Shown here: piece by piece, positions 48,246-58,200 of the stretch
How the letters are laid out: each line of letters begins with the position of its first letter
Numbering within the stretch: the first letter of the stretch is position 1
IMG/VR virus record: IMGVR_UViG_3300031867_005677
Coordinates: 1 to 64,000 of that record
Source of the DNA: a virus
Lineage: Duplodnaviria > Caudoviricetes
Direction: 5' to 3' (one strand)
DNA length: 64,000 nucleotides
The notes under the pieces: model-generated
Told to the model about the DNA's origin: nothing
The model's input: only the letters and a program-made list of their open reading frames with translations
Databases searched by the model: none
Position numbers and translations under genes: made by a program

Positions 48246-48273
48246 AATATAGAAAATGTCCTTAAAAATTCAA
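48246..48273 (-). promoter_or_regulatory. putative early promoter whose -35 lies in a terminator loop (hairpin 48258-48283)
   Basis: TTGAAT-N15-CTATATT; arms GTCCTTAAAA / TTTTAAGGAC. Confidence 0.65.
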
Positions 48274-48290
48274 TTTTAAGGACAATATTT

Positions 48291-49631
48291 TTATTTATTT
48301 ACTGCATGTATTTCTGAAATACTATTAACAATTAATGTTGGTTTACCAATAAAATCATCTAAATCAAAACAATTACAATATGACATTGCCGATTGTAAAT
48401 AACTTATCATATTTTCTACCCAACCAGCTAACGTATATTTAACAGGAAGCCATTTAGTAATTCCTTCAGCTGTTTTTGTTTTCTTTCCATTTATAGATTT
48501 CTGTCCATCGGCGGAAGCCATACCAAAGAACTTAACATCAATAAGCCCAATACATTTTTCTTCTGTTAATATTTTTTTACGTTCATTATATTTTCTTAAT
48601 GCTTCAATATATTCTTTAGATGTTGTTCCAAGAGATAATTCAAAGTTATTTAATTCTTTAAACCAAGGTTCTAATAAATGGATCCAATAAGATTCTTTAT
48701 AATACCCATATACATTTCCTTTTGAATCAACTCTAAAGTTTTCATATTTATCTATTGGTAACTTGATATAAGTTTTTTGATTAATTGTTTTATTAACTTT
48801 ATCACCAGCAGATTCTATACATTGAGCAAATACACTACCAATCATTACATAATCAGCACCTAATGCTAATGCTTTAATAACATGATCATAATTACGAATT
48901 CCACCATCTGCAATAATTTTTGGTAATTCATAATCATACATTGGTGCGGTATAAGGAATAGTTTTTATTGGCTTCTTTTCTTTAATTAATTTTTGTTTAA
49001 CTTGATAACATTCATCAATAAGAGATGCTTGTGGGTAATGGATAGAAACATTAGATGAAGTTATGCACCCGGCCCCAGCACCGATACCAACTCTAATATA
49101 ATCAACTGCACATTTCTTTTTACCATTTTTATCATAATATATAGCATTATCACAAATCCATTCATAAGTTTTAGAATTTGCTATATTACCTGTCATAATT
49201 GTTAATTTATAATCATATTTATCTGCTAATAGTTTTGCTGCTCTACAAGTTTCATATAATGATTTCATATGACCATTTGCAATATCAATAACTACAAAAT
49301 ATGCTGTTCTAAAATCATCAGCCATTTTTTCTGCATTATCTATAAATAATTCGTTAAACTCTTTTAATGATAATGCTACCCAAGTTTGATCTTTTAAATG
49401 TAACTTACGAATTTCAAAATTAATATTTCTTGGTAAAATAGGAATTATACCATTATTTATAAACTGATCTAAATTTTCTACTCCTACCACACTTGCCATT
49501 GGTGCTGTAAATATTGGTAACCATTTATTTGAAACAAATGGATTACATCTTGAACGAGATGAAACATTAGAAATTATTTCTGGTACTAATGTCAAATCAT
49601 TATAAGAATATCCTTTTATATTTTGTATCAT
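48291..49631 (-). CDS. GMP reductase / IMP dehydrogenase family oxidoreductase
   Basis: YSYNDLTLVP, TAPM, IDIANGH, GNIA, RVGIGAGAGCIT (catalytic Cys), IIADGGI, ALALGADYVMIG, FFGMAS; no CBS domains. IDIANGH is more GMPR-like. Confidence 0.88.
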   Translation of the reverse strand: MIQNIKGYSYNDLTLVPEIISNVSSRSRCNPFVSNKWLPIFTAPMASVVGVENLDQFINNGIIPILPRNINFEIRKLHLKDQTWVALSLKEFNELFIDNAEKMADDFRTAYFVVIDIANGHMKSLYETCRAAKLLADKYDYKLTIMTGNIANSKTYEWICDNAIYYDKNGKKKCAVDYIRVGIGAGAGCITSSNVSIHYPQASLIDECYQVKQKLIKEKKPIKTIPYTAPMYDYELPKIIADGGIRNYDHVIKALALGADYVMIGSVFAQCIESAGDKVNKTINQKTYIKLPIDKYENFRVDSKGNVYGYYKESYWIHLLEPWFKELNNFELSLGTTSKEYIEALRKYNERKKILTEEKCIGLIDVKFFGMASADGQKSINGKKTKTAEGITKWLPVKYTLAGWVENMISYLQSAMSYCNCFDLDDFIGKPTLIVNSISEIHAVNK

Positions 49632-49653
49632 CCTCTATTATATATAAATATAT

Positions 49654-49947
49654 TTAATCATAATATCTCCAACAATCATGTTCTGTATTTAATATATAAT
49701 CAAAATGTTCCATTAACTCTTCTTCTGTATCAAAAGGATCCATTTGATCATACCCATCACATATTATACAATAAAATTCTTCTTTATTTATTTCATTATT
49801 AAAATATGTAAAACCAAGTTTAACTTTAGTTCCTTTAATGAAATATTCACAATAATTCTTTATATCTTGTTTATCATAATATTCAGGCCAAGTTCCTGGT
49901 TGTTTATCAATTATTTTTGCTATTTTATTTTTCATATTTTTTACCAA
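49654..49947 (-). CDS. hypothetical protein
   Basis: Intact ORF. Confidence 0.6.
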   Translation of the reverse strand: MVKNMKNKIAKIIDKQPGTWPEYYDKQDIKNYCEYFIKGTKVKLGFTYFNNEINKEEFYCIICDGYDQMDPFDTEEELMEHFDYILNTEHDCWRYYD

Positions 49948-50522
49948 TTTGATGTATCTGTTATTTCATATTTAAAATCACTTGTTTGAACACTAATAAT
50001 ATACCCAAGCCCGGTTCCCATAAAACTAACTTCTATTTGTTCACCTTTATCTACAACATATTTTTCCCATATTGCATTAAATCTATAAAATTCTACTTTA
50101 TTAAATGATGGACCATATTTACAGAATTTTTCATAATCTTTTTGAAGTTTATCCTCAGGAATATCTAATTTAATATCTGTATCTTCAAGATTTTCTTTGA
50201 TATTACAACCATGACATCTTATTAATTTATCAAATATATCCCATTTATTATTCGATTTATATGTAATAGATGTTCCTCCTCCAATAGTACCAAATTTATT
50301 AAATCCTGTTGTTTTATCAATTCGACAATCTTTATGATCTTCAACAAATTTAAGATAATGTTTATATTGATTAAATGTCAACTTAAACATATCTTGATGA
50401 AATCCATAAACCCTTTCTAATTCTTCAGTTTTATATTCGTTTAATGTATCATTATTAATATAATCATATAAAACTTTGATAGAACTATCATCATTAAATT
50501 TATATAATTTATCTTGTGCCAT
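49941..50522 (-). CDS. hypothetical protein
   Basis: Contains FGTIGGGTSI, C.GC and SFMGTGLGY. Confidence 0.7.
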   Translation of the reverse strand: MAQDKLYKFNDDSSIKVLYDYINNDTLNEYKTEELERVYGFHQDMFKLTFNQYKHYLKFVEDHKDCRIDKTTGFNKFGTIGGGTSITYKSNNKWDIFDKLIRCHGCNIKENLEDTDIKLDIPEDKLQKDYEKFCKYGPSFNKVEFYRFNAIWEKYVVDKGEQIEVSFMGTGLGYIISVQTSDFKYEITDTSNW

Positions 50523-50536
50523 AATCTAGTTTGTAT

Positions 50537-53500
50537 TTAAAATGGTATTTCTTCATTTTCAAATTCGTTAAATTGAATTGGTAATGATTCATTTTTATTT
50601 ATCTTATTATCTTTATTCTCTTCTTGTGGTGTTAAATAAGAGAATAATTGATCTCTCATTTGATTAGTATTTTCTTGCTTACGCATAAATCTATCATTAG
50701 ACTTATCTAACTCACTATAATTGAAATAATCAAATTCTTTATGGATTATTTCTGGTAATTCATTAATAACATCTTCTAACTTAACCTTTTCATTATGTTC
50801 AAATTCAGGAACAATTTCTTCTTCCTCTTCTTTATTATCATCTTCTTTCATATCATCCATAAGTTGTTGTAAGAAGAATGTTTGTGTATTCCAATCCCCA
50901 TAGATATTATTCAATTGTTGTTTATTTTTCCAAATTAACTCAAATGGTTGAATTGTAATAGTTCCATTCTTTGGTTTTGAATGTACAATAATAATATCCC
51001 AATATTCTTTTACTAATTCAAACATTGTTTCAGCATATTGTAAATCATCAACAATAAGATTCTTAATTGAGTTACACCATTTACATGTCCATTCAGCTAA
51101 GAAAACTTCAATATCATGTTTTGTAACTTGAGGATTTTCTGATGCCCAGTTTTGTGAATCTTTAATAAATTTTAAAACTGGAAAATCAAGTCTCTTCTTT
51201 TTTCTAGATGATTCTATATTTACGAATCTTTGTATTCTCCTAAGTTTTGTAAAATTCAATCTATTATTCTTATAATCTATGCAATACTCATAAATATCTG
51301 AAATTGTTTCGCAATCATAATGTTTATAAAGACTTAATATAACTGGAATATGTTTTTCCAATATCTCAATATCTTCAACATATAGATCATTTTCTTGTCG
51401 TATCTTTGCATTTTCTAAATCTTTATCTTTAAATATTGAATAATTACCACGAAGTAATTCTCGATACATATCAATATTACCATCAGTAATATGATTCAAT
51501 AATGTTCTAACTTTAATTGTATCTTGATTAAATTTGATATTACGACAAGCTTTCATAAATTCATTAATATTTTCTTTAATAGAATCATCAACTGCTTTAT
51601 CACTTGTTATACATTTGACATTATATCCATAATAACGCATTCCTTCCATCATTACATCTAATTGCTTAGAATAATCAGAATATCGTTCCTCAAATATCTT
51701 TAATTTATATGTTGTCTCATCAATATAATATTTACAATCATTCTCATCATATTTAAGATATTTATTTGCACTTAATAATGAACTAATTAATGGGTTATAT
51801 TTTGATTCTTCTTCATTACGTTCCAACATATCATTACAAGTCTTTACTAAATCCCTCGCAAACATCAAATCCTTTTGATTAAAATTCAAATCTAATGGTT
51901 GTGTATAGTAATAATTAATTGAAGATCCATTATTATCATGTAATGGTAAATATATCTTGATATATAAATCATTATTTCTTAATCTATTTGCAAATTGTTC
52001 TATATCTTGTGGAATCCATGTCTCATTAAAATATACTGAAAATGGTAATCTATCACAAATATCCACACCTACAGAAAGATATGTTGAACAAAATACTATA
52101 TCATTATCACCAACTGTCTTATTTATATTTATATTATCCATTGATTCTTCACCATATTGAGACTTCTTATAATAAAATGCCTTAATTGGTCTTGTATAGT
52201 TTCTTTCATTTAATATCTTTGTGATAATTCCTATTACTTGATCAAAATAAAGATTACCATTATTTGTTGGAAATAATATCTTTCTATTTTCTTGAATATC
52301 AGTTGCCATTGAATTACACATATCAAGTAATTGTTCTGTTGGTGAAGGCACTAAATTAACAATACATTCTTTAATACGAATATCTTCCTTTTTTACTTTA
52401 ATATGTTTGATATTAGGAAAGAACAGCATTTCACCTGTTGGTGTACCAGTCATCATGATAATCTTAGCCTTACAATTTGCGAGACGTTGAATTGTTGGGC
52501 CCATTACATCTCTATATGAACTAGTAAACAAAAGATGTGACTCATCAATTACGATATATTCAAATTTAGCGGTATCTAATTCAAATACATTTAATCTAGA
52601 AAACTTATCAATTGTCATTGACATATTTTGACTACCAAGAATATCTACTAATGTTGGTCTTTTATTACCATAATAATATAACCAATCTGAAGTCTTCTCA
52701 TCCGCTTCTACTTTTGCTTTAATAGTTGATGTAAATGGTAAAATCAATAATGTTTTCGCTTTTAATGATTTGATCATTTCTGTCTTACCATAACCAGCAC
52801 CAGCTTCTAACAAAGTTATATGTTCAAGATTCTTAATAATATCATCTTTAATATCACTTAAATATTGATCTTTACGAAGATATAATATTGTTTGACTAGA
52901 TTTGCTATTTAATATATGAATAGGATCTGTCTTAGTAGAAGCATTAGTTAATTCTTCTTTAAGTTCTTCTACTTTTTCTTCTTCATCATTATCTTTGACT
53001 TTAATATTAAATCCATGATAATTATTCAATTCATTTATAGCCCATACACTTATTGGTTTATTATGAATAGCTGCCGTCTTAACATCTCCTCGTAATTCTC
53101 GTGGACTAGTATCTTTACATATACCAACTAATAGATTAAATGCTTTTTGTTCACCGAAAATTGAAGTAAGAGTATTTGCTAATTGCCAACGTTGAGCATG
53201 CTTATAGTGTTTCTTACCTTTAGATTTAGATAAGTCATATTCATTAACATTATCAATATTAGATATTTCTATATTTTGTGATTTACTAAAATTATCATTA
53301 ATAAACCACTCTAATTTTGAAAAAACTTGAACTAAATCGGGATGACTAATCCAATTAATACTTTCAATTCCTGTATTGAATGCACTTTCAAAATTCACAT
53401 CTAAACGAACATCATTGAAATTTGTACTCATCATAGCATCATCAGATGATATGAAAATACCTTGTTGTGGTTTAGCCATTGCCATATCCATATACCCAAA

Positions 53501-54178
53501 TATATTCTCTTTAGTATATCCATACTTTTCCATATATTTAGATAATATAATATAAACATATGAATATTTATGTCTGAAATTACAAAGATATTCTACTTTA
53601 CGATTCTTGAAATCTACTGATATTGGTGTTATCTTAGTCCAAACATGTAATGATTTTTTAGATGCTGACTTACAAATACCAATAAACCAATGAAACTTAC
53701 TTAATTCATTAAATAAATCATTTTTTAATCCATTAGCTATTTTCTCATCTTTAATATCAAGGTCTATAATCTGTAATCCATTCCAAATTTGAAATGATAC
53801 ATCACCAATAGGACGATTATTTGTAGAAGTTGAATAAACAACTTTACGATTAGCTTTTTCTACTTTTGCATACTCTTCATCATAAAGTAAATCATAAATT
53901 TGTTTCCAGTTCCAAACAATACCTGCCTTTTCATAAACACTATTCAATACAAGACATTCTATCATCTGTAATTGGTCTTCAAAAAATGATTGCTTTTCCT
54001 CTTCTGTACAATCTGAATATAATATATGTGAATATTTATTTAATTGGATCTGATTTTCTATTTCATTATATTCTTTACTAATACAGCTAAATGATTCAAG
54101 AATATCTGTCAATGATTGTTTCTCTTTATTCTTGTAAATCTCATTTACCTGTTTGATTCTATTAAAGTTATTTAACAT
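50537..54178 (-). CDS. AEP-type primase (VirE-N/BT4734-like) fused to SF2 helicase (origin-binding-like)
   Basis: WNGLQIIDLDIK and SASKKSLHVW (AEP motifs I/II), HAQRWQLAN (PriCT-like), LEAGAGYGKT, IVIDESH, MTGTP, STYLSVGVDI, EQFANRLR. Confidence 0.75.
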   Translation of the reverse strand: MLNNFNRIKQVNEIYKNKEKQSLTDILESFSCISKEYNEIENQIQLNKYSHILYSDCTEEEKQSFFEDQLQMIECLVLNSVYEKAGIVWNWKQIYDLLYDEEYAKVEKANRKVVYSTSTNNRPIGDVSFQIWNGLQIIDLDIKDEKIANGLKNDLFNELSKFHWFIGICKSASKKSLHVWTKITPISVDFKNRKVEYLCNFRHKYSYVYIILSKYMEKYGYTKENIFGYMDMAMAKPQQGIFISSDDAMMSTNFNDVRLDVNFESAFNTGIESINWISHPDLVQVFSKLEWFINDNFSKSQNIEISNIDNVNEYDLSKSKGKKHYKHAQRWQLANTLTSIFGEQKAFNLLVGICKDTSPRELRGDVKTAAIHNKPISVWAINELNNYHGFNIKVKDNDEEEKVEELKEELTNASTKTDPIHILNSKSSQTILYLRKDQYLSDIKDDIIKNLEHITLLEAGAGYGKTEMIKSLKAKTLLILPFTSTIKAKVEADEKTSDWLYYYGNKRPTLVDILGSQNMSMTIDKFSRLNVFELDTAKFEYIVIDESHLLFTSSYRDVMGPTIQRLANCKAKIIMMTGTPTGEMLFFPNIKHIKVKKEDIRIKECIVNLVPSPTEQLLDMCNSMATDIQENRKILFPTNNGNLYFDQVIGIITKILNERNYTRPIKAFYYKKSQYGEESMDNININKTVGDNDIVFCSTYLSVGVDICDRLPFSVYFNETWIPQDIEQFANRLRNNDLYIKIYLPLHDNNGSSINYYYTQPLDLNFNQKDLMFARDLVKTCNDMLERNEEESKYNPLISSLLSANKYLKYDENDCKYYIDETTYKLKIFEERYSDYSKQLDVMMEGMRYYGYNVKCITSDKAVDDSIKENINEFMKACRNIKFNQDTIKVRTLLNHITDGNIDMYRELLRGNYSIFKDKDLENAKIRQENDLYVEDIEILEKHIPVILSLYKHYDCETISDIYEYCIDYKNNRLNFTKLRRIQRFVNIESSRKKKRLDFPVLKFIKDSQNWASENPQVTKHDIEVFLAEWTCKWCNSIKNLIVDDLQYAETMFELVKEYWDIIIVHSKPKNGTITIQPFELIWKNKQQLNNIYGDWNTQTFFLQQLMDDMKEDDNKEEEEEIVPEFEHNEKVKLEDVINELPEIIHKEFDYFNYSELDKSNDRFMRKQENTNQMRDQLFSYLTPQEENKDNKINKNESLPIQFNEFENEEIPF

Positions 54179-54239
54179 TCATTAGTAAATATATTTTTTA
54201 TTAATTTAATATAGATTAACAATTGATTCAAATTCATTT

Positions 54240-54253
54240 TTATTTTTAATAAA
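54240..54253 (+). promoter_or_regulatory. putative late promoter
   Basis: TTATTTTTAATAAA exact copy upstream of the neck gene. Confidence 0.55.
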
Positions 54254-54283
54254 CCTAAACTTAATTAATTATAAAATTTAATT

Positions 54284-55159
54284 ATGAATAATTGTAATTT
54301 AAATCCAAGTTCAAATATTAATATAGAACAAACAGCTAATAATTCTTCCCAATCAATGGAAGAATATTTAAAGAATAAACAATTACAAGAAGATCAAGTT
54401 GATTATCAATTCATACAAAGAATTATACAAGAATTAACTCAATCTTGTGCATTACCATTACCTATTCCAGCAGCTTCTATTCCACCACTTATTATTCAAG
54501 CAGCTCAATGGTTTTGGCAAAATTGTGATTTTTGTTTAGAAGAACGTATTTATCTTCTTAAGAATTCTGAATTTAAAAGATGTTGTAATAACAAATTGAT
54601 TAAATTACCACCGCAAATAATGTCGGTATTTGGTGTTTATAAAGTTAATCCAAATTATTACTATGGAGCTATGGGGGATTTCTCACTTGAACGTATGGTA
54701 ATCAATAATACTGTATTAGCTAGTGGTGCTGGCGGAAGTTTATCAGATACTTATGGAAATGGTTCTGGATATAATTTATCAGATATGATGGCTGGACTTT
54801 ATGAAATATCAACATTCAAATCTATGTTTGATGTTCCATTAACTTATAATTATAATGAATTTTCTAATTACTTAAATATTATCGGTGATTTAGGTCCATC
54901 TGATGTAGTTCTAAATACGATGGTCAGATGCAAAATACAAGATTTATATAAGAATTATTATTTCTTTAGATTATGTGTTTGCTTTGGGCTTAGGAGTATG
55001 GCTACGATAATGGGAGCATTCACATTTAGATTACCTGGTGGGAGTGAAATCAACTATCAAGTATTTAGAGATATGGCTAATGAAGAAATCCAAAAAATAG
55101 AAGAATGGGTACAAAAGAATCATTCAGCTGATTATTTCATAATGAGTAATACAGTTTAA
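54284..55159 (+). CDS. neck protein, T4 gp13-like
   Basis: ELTQSCALP...AAQWF...LEE, KLP..IMSVFGV, IMGAFTFRLPGGSEINY...ANEE. Confidence 0.75.
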   Translation: MNNCNLNPSSNINIEQTANNSSQSMEEYLKNKQLQEDQVDYQFIQRIIQELTQSCALPLPIPAASIPPLIIQAAQWFWQNCDFCLEERIYLLKNSEFKRCCNNKLIKLPPQIMSVFGVYKVNPNYYYGAMGDFSLERMVINNTVLASGAGGSLSDTYGNGSGYNLSDMMAGLYEISTFKSMFDVPLTYNYNEFSNYLNIIGDLGPSDVVLNTMVRCKIQDLYKNYYFFRLCVCFGLRSMATIMGAFTFRLPGGSEINYQVFRDMANEEIQKIEEWVQKNHSADYFIMSNTV

Positions 55160-55169
55160 TATATGCAAT

Positions 55170-55197
55170 AATGGAGAACTCGTAAGTTCTCCATTTT
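55170..55197. terminator. bidirectional terminator
   Basis: AATGGAGAACT-CGTA-AGTTCTCCATT between convergent genes. Confidence 0.85.
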
Positions 55198-55204
55198 TAT
55201 TTAA

Positions 55205-58200
55205 TTATTCTTCAATTCTAATATATGGGAATGACCTCCAAGATGTTGATTTACTTAATGGGTGTGCATGTTGTGATGGGTGGATTTCCCACATTTGTGA
55301 TGAACTATATTCTGTAGTTGTCCATAATGCATTAGAACCTAAACTAGTAAGTAAATCTACTTTACAATCTTCTGGATATCTATTTGCAATATCACTAAAT
55401 AAATTAGTAAGACGTTGGAAATTATAACTTAAGAAGAATACCTCGGCAAATGCTGGTATATACCAATCACCATAATTAGTTGATTTAGTCTTATATTTAT
55501 ATGCACAAGCACACATTGGTGAAAATCTTAAATTAGTATTATTTATAATATTTCCTGATTCATTAAACCAATTTGATATATTATGTTCATCTATATTACC
55601 ATTTTCATCCATAATACTATATTGTTCACCAAATGCTTTAATAATATTCATTGTATTTTCCCAACCATTCCAATCAGAAACAGAACTATTTTCATCTATT
55701 AAATTACTATTAAATGTATCATCATCATTCAATAGATTAACATTATATATATTTCCTGATGCTGATGCAGGATCATAATACCATCCTCTATCATTAGGAG
55801 CAGGCCATTTGAATTGTCCAGCTAAAGTTGCATCACCATAATTATTTGGATAAGAATTTTGGTAATTATGATAATCGGTTTGAGGATATATCATATTTTT
55901 AGTTAATGTATGTCCTTCATCACTATAACATATATATGGATAATTCTTTAATGTTGGTATATCAATATTATAGAATCCAAATGCTGGAACACTATTAGAA
56001 CTTTGTGAACCACTATTACTAAACTTGAATTCCCCATTATTATCTTTTACCGTTGATAACATTTTAAGGCCAATGTAAATAGAATACTTTTGTTCTGGTC
56101 CAAAATATCCATTGTTCAATATCTTAATTCCAATAGGTCTCCAACCTAAAGAAGGATCAACAATTTCTTTTGATTTAAATCTTTGTCCATTTTCATTTTC
56201 ATAAAGAATAGTAAAGTCAGAAATTGTATCTTTAATATCAAATGTTTCTTCTTCAATAATAGGTTCAATAATTTCAGGGTATTTAATATCTTGATATTTA
56301 TCTAATATTCTATATTGTGCTATAGCATTATGTAGTATATTATTTAATCCATTAATAGTATATTGTAATTTAATATTATAATATCCTGGAGCATATAAAT
56401 TATCAATATTATCATTTGTGATAATTGTCAAGTTAGTATTTGAATTAACATCATAAACACTATTAATATCATATATTCTTGATACTGTCCATTTATTATT
56501 CAAATCAATATTGAATTGATAATCATTATTATTGACTCCAACAATAACTAAATCATCTTTATTGAATTGATTATACCCATTAGCTTTCTTAATAACCATT
56601 CTATTAATTAAGAACTTATCAACACTATAATCATTATATACAATACGATATCCACCAATTATATGTTCTTTATCATGAATATTCAATAAATCAGCATCAG
56701 GATAAGATGCAATTGGGTATTGGGATATTGCTACTATATACCATTCTTTATCATCATGCATCAAATAATAATCATAAATAACATTATTTTCTTTTAATTG
56801 GTATTTGTAAGATAAATCAGAGTTAAAAAATGTTTGATATAATGATGTATAATCTGCATTAGGATCATATTGCATTTTACCATTATTTTTTAATGGAGCA
56901 GTTTGTGTGGTATTTATTTGATTTATAGAATACCAATATAAATCTACGGTAGTATGATCTACTCGGGTATTACCAAGTTTAGTATATAAATATTTGAATG
57001 CACGTCCATTATAACGATATAATGTATCAATTACTTCACCATTATTTATAATATCAAATTTGTTAATACTTCCTTCAATATCATCTAAAATTGGTAAATC
57101 ATATTCAATACCTTCATAAACCATATGATAATGAATTAATAAATTATTAATATTCATAGGTTCTAAAGGTATATTATCTCTATAAAATCTTATAGTTGAA
57201 TCAGGGTATTCTTCTACTATATCCCCTAAATAATTTCTCCAACCTTTGATTATATTATTTATTCCACCATTATAAGGAGACCATTCTTCCCAACTTTGGC
57301 CAATTGATAAACTATAATCTTCTAATTTTATAATATAATCTATACCACCCCATTCTTCAACATATATATCAAATATATGAATTCTATTATAATATTTAGT
57401 ATTATATGGAACTTTTAAAATGTTTGAATAATATTTCTTATAGAATTCATACATCTTATGTTGATCAGGGTTATTTGTACCATCATCAGTCTCTAATAAC
57501 TTATCTATAAATGTCAATAATTTATCATTATCTTCACTATCTTTACCTTTAAATAATGTATTAATTGTAACTAAATCTGGTTCATAGATAAATGAATTGA
57601 ATTTTAATGGAGACAATGATCTTAATTGTTTAAATGGATAATAAACACTATCATCTTTTGTAATTTCATATTTATATTCCAATCTACCTAAATCTAGATA
57701 AATATTTGGAGTAACAATTCTAAAATCATAATTAAACCATTTATCATTTACCATTAAACTTAATCTAAAATATGCCTTTTCATAATCAATATTATTATTT
57801 AATAACCTTGGTATTAATATAAAATTCATATAATATTGATTACTATTTTGGTAATAATTAAAGTTATTATCATCTACTAAATAAATAGTTTGAATATCAT
57901 ATCTATCTTTAGAATCTATCCTTATATATTTATCATAATATTTAATATAATTTTCATTAGATAAATCATCAGATTCCGAAAAATCAGATTTATAGAATTT
58001 TTCTTTATAAATATATCTATCTCCTAATTTAATATAATGACCTGATGGATCTTGATTAATTGTTGTAGCTGTTAATATAAGCTTACAATTAAAATAATAT
58101 TCAGAAATTTTTAAATAACGATTATCAATATAATCAGATAAATCTTGAATATCTTCATTCTTAACTATACTAAAATGAGTAGCATCAAATCTATTAGATA

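Noticed and set aside
48530-48810. Intein in the GMPR/IMPDH gene (or in the helicases)
   Set aside because: The insert is short and lacks the N-terminal Cys/Ser block and the C-terminal His-Asn; no LAGLIDADG or HNH motifs were seen.
55205-55500. Complete diversity-generating retroelement
   Set aside because: No reverse transcriptase, Avd or template repeat was seen in the window; only the target-like fold.
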